Below are positions 59,345-64,000 of a stretch of 64,000 nt of DNA, in pieces. The position numbers were made by a program, and so were the translations under genes. The DNA is from Patescibacteria group bacterium (GTDB lineage: Bacteria > Patescibacteriota > Patescibacteriia > UBA2196). Under the pieces are notes generated by a model. It did not search any database. It worked only from the letters and a program-made list of their open reading frames with translations, and was not told where the DNA came from. The stretch lies in contig JAQTPI010000001.1 in assembly GCA_028748975.1 (NCBI GenBank), positions 354 to 64,353 on the forward strand, given 5' to 3'. The number at the start of each line of letters is the position of its first letter. The stretch's first letter is position 1.

Positions 59345-60016
59345 ATGGAAAGAGGTATTTTTGTCGCGTTTGAGGGCATTGATTTGTGTGGCAAAAGCAC
59401 GCAAAAAAAAATGTTGGCCGAGAGATTAAGAAAGACCGATTGTTTCGTCCATGAAACTCGAGAACCAGGTAGTCCCCTGATCGAATTAACTATAAAAATA
59501 AGGCAGCTGATTAAAGAATATAACATGGATTCCCGATGTGAACTGGCGCTTTTTTTTGCCGATCGCGCGCAACACACCCAGTTGGTTATGGAATTATTGC
59601 GACGAACGGGAACCATCACTTTAACTGACCGGCAATGGGCTTCATCAGTGGCGTATCAAATTTTTGGTCGCGGGCTTTTTGGGGAAGAAAGGACGTTGGA
59701 AGAAAGGCTTGCTGACTTTTTTGTCTTTAATGATTTCTTTTCTCATGGGATTTATCCCCACCTCAATATTTTAATTGACGTGCCGGTGGAAGTGGCTCAG
59801 GCGCGTGTCCGTGACCCCAAAGCTAGAACTCGATTTGATAATGAACAGATCAATTTTCATCAGCGAGTTAGAAATGGTTATTTACAACTCGCTCAAAAAA
59901 GCACGAAGGGCGATTGGCTGGTTTTTGACGGCACCAAAAAAGCGGAAAAATTACACGAAGACGTTTATCAAAAATTCGTGGAATGGTTGAAAAACAAAAA
60001 AGAAGAAAAGGAGTAG
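59345..60016 (+). CDS. tmk: Thymidylate kinase
   Basis: FEGID..GKSTQ, TREPG, LFFADRAQH, DR...SS.AYQ. Confidence 0.92.
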   Translation: MERGIFVAFEGIDLCGKSTQKKMLAERLRKTDCFVHETREPGSPLIELTIKIRQLIKEYNMDSRCELALFFADRAQHTQLVMELLRRTGTITLTDRQWASSVAYQIFGRGLFGEERTLEERLADFFVFNDFFSHGIYPHLNILIDVPVEVAQARVRDPKARTRFDNEQINFHQRVRNGYLQLAQKSTKGDWLVFDGTKKAEKLHEDVYQKFVEWLKNKKEEKE

Positions 60017-60019
60017 ATA

Positions 60020-61714
60020 ATGAAACAAGAATTACTTGCTTGTGGGCGGAGTTTTGTCCAAACGCCGCTGGAAATGGATTGGACCAGAAATGAAAAACTA
60101 GTTCTGGAGAGATTTTTTACCAATCTGACGGGAAGAATTTTTTGCATCTACAACGTTCTGCCGGCCAACATGATTGGCGTCCTTTTTGCCATGTATTCTC
60201 GCATGAAAAATTCACGCGGACTCCGCGGCACTTTTGTTGACAGTTTCCTACCGCAAGTTCTGGCGGCTTTTGTCCCTGAGTGTCAGGAAAGATTTGGCGG
60301 CAACGCAGTTATTTTTTTGAAGGAAAACAAGATAAAATCTCTGGATGACTTTATTGACTGTTCGAAAGAAACCAGGCAAGCCCTCGGAATTTTTCTATTA
60401 GGTATGAACACCAATCCGGATTATCTGGAAAAACTGTGCAACGCCGAAAAAATGAGGAAATTTTTATCAGACTGGCTGGACAAATGGGGTCACAACTCCA
60501 TTGGCCGTCCGGTCATGTTTTATATTTGCTGTGAGGAGATCTCCATCCGCGCGGCCAAATCACTTGAATGGTCGCGGCCCGGCTCCGGTTACATTGAATT
60601 GAGCACCAGATATGTCCGCATGTCAGATAAAGGCGTTTATCCCATTTGGAACGAACTCGGTCTTTTTGGCATCTCACCAAGCGATGTGCAAGCGGTAATT
60701 AATGAAAGTTTTCAAAAATATCAAGAATTGCAAGGAGAAAATTTTGATGGTCCGTTTCCAAATTTTTTAAGGGAGAAATACGCGGCATTAATGAATGAAG
60801 AGCAATTGAAGCAGGGAGTTATTGGCGAGTCGTGTGATGTTTTGGGAAACTTGCTTCCTACCGCCACTTTAACTTCAGTTGGCATTGGTGTTTCCGGCGA
60901 AGGCATACCGGACATGCTCCGGCATTTGCTTTTGGATAATTCGCCTGAAAATGAAGCCATTTCCGAATCAATCATTCAAGAATTGGGGAAAGTTGGTGGC
61001 GGGCAGTTTGTGCGCCATTTGGAAATTTCTGAATGGCAAAAAGCTGATTGGGGATATCTTGATAATGAACCAGTCACGCCAGTCATGTTTGCGCCAGATG
61101 AAGATTATGTAGAAAACTTGCTGTGGTATATTATGGGAAAGAAGATTTGTTTTTCTGACATTATTGTATGGCCGGAACGTATTTGGCACATGGAAAGTTT
61201 ACAACGAGGCTCACACGATAAGTTATTCGCCGATTTTGAAGCCGTGGCCGTGCACTTTGTGAACCAGATGACTTTCCGTGGTTGGCGCGATTTGCATCGC
61301 ATGAGTTTTTGCACGCATCACCGCGGATATTTAACGCCTGAAATCGGTTTTTACCGCTATGACAAACCACATCCGCAATTATTGTGTGACACTTTTAATA
61401 ACATTCATATCAAAAACAAATCAATTTATAAATTGATGAAATCAAAAGCCGTCCCCGACGAATTGATTGAATATCCGTTGGCATTGGGAAATTTGATTCA
61501 GTTCACGCTTTCGGCCAATCTTCGCGAGTGTGAGTTCATGAATTGGCAAAGAACCAAGCCCGACGTTAATCACGAGGTCAGGCGCGTATTTCTTTCTTTT
61601 GAACAGAGGTTGAGAGAAAAATATTGGTGGTGGAAAAAAATCTCGCGTGCCGACATGACACCCGGTTATGTCTTTGCTCGAGGAGGTAGTAACATTCCTT
61701 TGGGCAAAATATGA
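60020..61714 (+). CDS. thyX: Long two-domain ThyX-like flavin-dependent thymidylate synthase
   Basis: GHNSI, Y.E.STRY, LLP..T.T..G, RDLHR, N.RE; follows tdk-tmk. Confidence 0.7.
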   Translation: MKQELLACGRSFVQTPLEMDWTRNEKLVLERFFTNLTGRIFCIYNVLPANMIGVLFAMYSRMKNSRGLRGTFVDSFLPQVLAAFVPECQERFGGNAVIFLKENKIKSLDDFIDCSKETRQALGIFLLGMNTNPDYLEKLCNAEKMRKFLSDWLDKWGHNSIGRPVMFYICCEEISIRAAKSLEWSRPGSGYIELSTRYVRMSDKGVYPIWNELGLFGISPSDVQAVINESFQKYQELQGENFDGPFPNFLREKYAALMNEEQLKQGVIGESCDVLGNLLPTATLTSVGIGVSGEGIPDMLRHLLLDNSPENEAISESIIQELGKVGGGQFVRHLEISEWQKADWGYLDNEPVTPVMFAPDEDYVENLLWYIMGKKICFSDIIVWPERIWHMESLQRGSHDKLFADFEAVAVHFVNQMTFRGWRDLHRMSFCTHHRGYLTPEIGFYRYDKPHPQLLCDTFNNIHIKNKSIYKLMKSKAVPDELIEYPLALGNLIQFTLSANLRECEFMNWQRTKPDVNHEVRRVFLSFEQRLREKYWWWKKISRADMTPGYVFARGGSNIPLGKI

Positions 61715-61723
61715 CAAGTTCAA

Positions 61724-61757
61724 TCCCCGCGAACATTCAGTTCGCGGGCTTTTTTTT
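61724..61757 (+). terminator. Intrinsic terminator
   Basis: CCCGCGAAC/GTTCGCGGG stem plus T8. Confidence 0.85.
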
Positions 61758-61793
61758 ATTTTTTAGGCGTGATAAAATTAAAGTATAAATAAT

Positions 61794-61865
61794 TGTCATT
61801 CCGACTGAAGCGAAGGGATCCTTCGACTTCGTCCTCGCTTCGCTCGGACTTCGCTCAGGATGACA
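61794..61865. repeat. TGTCAT..ATGACA element; its ATG is the gatB start
   Basis: TGTCATTCCGA..CTTCGCTCAGGATGACA. Confidence 0.8.
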
Positions 61866-63428
61866 CAAACCAAATACAAACCAACAATCGGTCTGGAAAT
61901 TCACGTGGAATTGAAGACCAAGACCAAAATGTTTTGCTCCTGCCTAAACGAAACCTGGAAAATCGGGCAGGAAGAATTACCACCCAACATTAATGTTTGT
62001 CCGGTGTGTTTGGCGCACCCGGGAACCTTGCCTGTGCCAAACATAGAAGCAATTAAAGCCGTAATCAAAGCCGGCCTGGCCCTGAATTGCCAAATCGCGG
62101 AAAAATCAAAATTTGACCGCAAACAATATTTTTACCCTGACTTGCCCAAAGGTTATCAAATTTCCCAATATGACCAGCCGCTTTGCGAGCATGGGTCAAT
62201 TGAAATTAATGGCAAAAAAATTGGCATCACTAGAATTCATTTGGAAGAAGACACTGGCAAGCTTTCACACGTGAGTGACGGCACCTTGGTTGATTTTAAT
62301 CGCGCCGGCGTGCCGCTCATGGAACTCGTAACTGAACCGGATATTGAAAGCGGGGCGGAAGCCAAAGAATTTTGTCAGGAAATTCAGGCAATTTTCAGAG
62401 AGTTAAAAATTTCCGACGCGGATATGGAAAAAGGGCAGATGCGTTGTGAAGTTAATATCTCAATAAGCGACAAGGGACAAGAGACAAGAGACAAGAAAAA
62501 ATTGGGGACAAAGGTAGAAATAAAGAATCTCAATTCGTTTAGAACAGTGGAAAGAGCAATTGATTACGAAATTAAGCGTCAGACGGAAATTTTGGAAGCT
62601 GGTGAAAAAGTAGTTCAGGAAACGCGCGGTTTTGATGATGTCAAACAAAATACTTTTTCCCAGCGAATTAAAGAAGGTGCGGCTGATTATCGTTATTTTC
62701 CAGAGCCGGACATTCCGCCGATGGTCTTCCAACCCCCTTTAGGGGAGGTCGCGGAAACCTTGCCTAAAGGCAGTAAGAATTTTTTTATTGACATCGAAAA
62801 AATCAAGCAGGAATTGCCCGAAATGCCGCAGGCCAAAAGAAAAAGATTTGCGGATGAATATGGTTTTGCTTTGGCTGATGCCAAAATTATCACCGCCACG
62901 CCGAAGCTGGCGGACTACGCGGAACAAGTGATTTCCGAATTGCGCCAGTGGCTTTTGGATTCCGGCCAGTTTGAAGGTACCGAGGAAGAAATTTGGGCCG
63001 CCAATCGCGACAGAGCGGTAAAATTAGTAGCGGGCTGGCTCATTAATAAACTCGGCGGACTTTTAAACGCGCGCAAATTAACTTTAGCCGATAACACGAT
63101 TACGGCGGAAAATTTTGCCGAATTTATTACCATGATTTTCACGCGCAAAGTTTCTTCCACCAATGCCAATAAACTTTTGGAAAGAATGTTGGAAACCGGT
63201 GGTGATCCAAGTAATATCTTGGAAGATGAAGATTTGGGTGGGGGAGAGGATTTGGATTTGAATAAATTGATTGAAGAAATTATCAACAAAAACCCCGAGA
63301 CCGTGGCCCAGTTTAAAGCCGGCAAAACCGCGCTCTTAAAATTTTTCCTCGGTCAAGCGATGAAAGAATCCAAGGGCAAAGCCGATCCCGTGGAAGCAGA
63401 AAACTTACTACTTCAAAAATTAAGTTAA
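61860..63428 (+). CDS. gatB: Asp/Glu-tRNA amidotransferase subunit B
   Basis: IGLEIH, FDRK.YFYPDLPKGYQI, HLEED, NRAGVPLME, EIKNLNS, YRYFPEPD. Confidence 0.97.
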   Translation: MTQTKYKPTIGLEIHVELKTKTKMFCSCLNETWKIGQEELPPNINVCPVCLAHPGTLPVPNIEAIKAVIKAGLALNCQIAEKSKFDRKQYFYPDLPKGYQISQYDQPLCEHGSIEINGKKIGITRIHLEEDTGKLSHVSDGTLVDFNRAGVPLMELVTEPDIESGAEAKEFCQEIQAIFRELKISDADMEKGQMRCEVNISISDKGQETRDKKKLGTKVEIKNLNSFRTVERAIDYEIKRQTEILEAGEKVVQETRGFDDVKQNTFSQRIKEGAADYRYFPEPDIPPMVFQPPLGEVAETLPKGSKNFFIDIEKIKQELPEMPQAKRKRFADEYGFALADAKIITATPKLADYAEQVISELRQWLLDSGQFEGTEEEIWAANRDRAVKLVAGWLINKLGGLLNARKLTLADNTITAENFAEFITMIFTRKVSSTNANKLLERMLETGGDPSNILEDEDLGGGEDLDLNKLIEEIINKNPETVAQFKAGKTALLKFFLGQAMKESKGKADPVEAENLLLQKLS

Positions 63429-63455
63429 ATTTATTAAAATTAAATTATTATGTTT

Positions 63456-63497
63456 TTTGTTCAACAAATACGTCGATCGACGTATTTGTTGAACAAA
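63456..63497. repeat. Perfect 42-bp CGATCG-centred palindrome
   Basis: TTTGTTCAACAAATACGTCGATCGACGTATTTGTTGAACAAA. Confidence 0.92.
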
Positions 63498-63504
63498 TTA
63501 TTTT

Positions 63505-63999
63505 ATGAAAAAAATAAAAGAAAAGATAACGGATTTACTTTTAGAAATCATGTATGAATCAAGAAGGGCGCTTACCACCCATTCTTTAGTGGAGCAGGCA
63601 TATTTTGATTTGATTCAAGAAAATAAAATAAAAAATAAAGAATGGAAAGAAAAAGCAAAACAGAAAAGGGAAATTCAAAAAATGATTTATTATTTAAGAA
63701 AAGCAAGTTATATAAAATTTGAGAAAGATAATAAAATCAAACTTTCATCTAAAGGCACAATCAAAAATATTATTTTTAGATCAAGAAGAATAAAGGCCAG
63801 AAAACGAGCCAAACATTACTACGTGGTAATTTTTGACATACCCGAAAGTATGAGAAGAATCAGGGATCTCTTTAGAAAGGTTTTGTATAATTTTGGTTCC
63901 GATAAATTACAAAAGAGCGTCTTTATGGTGGAAAGCGAAGAAGGGCACCAAATGATAAAAGAGTTGATAAAAGAAAGTAAAATGTTTAAATATGTTAGA
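63505..63999 (+). CDS. PaaX-like wHTH plus Cas2-like domain protein, 3' end outside window (not in ORF track)
   Basis: IYYLRK.SYI..KLSSKG..VVIFDIPE..RRIRDLFRKVL..FG...LQKSVF. Confidence 0.8.
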   Translation, partial: MKKIKEKITDLLLEIMYESRRALTTHSLVEQAYFDLIQENKIKNKEWKEKAKQKREIQKMIYYLRKASYIKFEKDNKIKLSSKGTIKNIIFRSRRIKARKRAKHYYVVIFDIPESMRRIRDLFRKVLYNFGSDKLQKSVFMVESEEGHQMIKELIKESKMFKYVR

Positions 64000-64000
64000 A

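Overview
Bacterial chromosomal window with a gene set and layout typical of a Patescibacteria/CPR (Parcubacteria-like) genome; the taxonomy is inferred. The backbone is housekeeping genes, all on +: aspS, scpAB, ileS, recO, tgt, glyQS, rsmI, metG, tatD, rmuC, a UvrD-nuclease fusion, pheS/pheT, mraY, gyrB, secE-nusG-rplK-rplA, a dTMP cluster and gatB. No rRNA, tRNA, CRISPR array or classical transposase is recognisable. Three layers stand out. (1) A modular family system of short palindromic and tandem-repeat elements (TGTCAT..ATGACA hairpins, CCCCTCC..GGAGGGG hairpins, 7-10 nt inverted tandem arrays, CGATCG palindromes). These fill the intergenic spaces, nest inside each other, supply start/stop codons and are inserted in frame more than 25 times into conserved genes. 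Candidate partner proteins lie beside some of them (GxxExxY nuclease, four-helix-bundle protein, PaaX/Cas2-like protein). Two recoded duplicates of gene termini (rmuC, uvrD) hint at how the elements move. (2) A cluster of an Arg-tRNA-transferase-like gene, an unannotated 51-aa LysW-like zinc carrier ending in -EADK, a PLP enzyme and an ATP-grasp ligase. (3) Self-contained ORFan cassettes with consensus sigma70 promoters and strong Shine-Dalgarno sites, which the core genes lack. All calls come from reading the sequence by eye; no searches were run.
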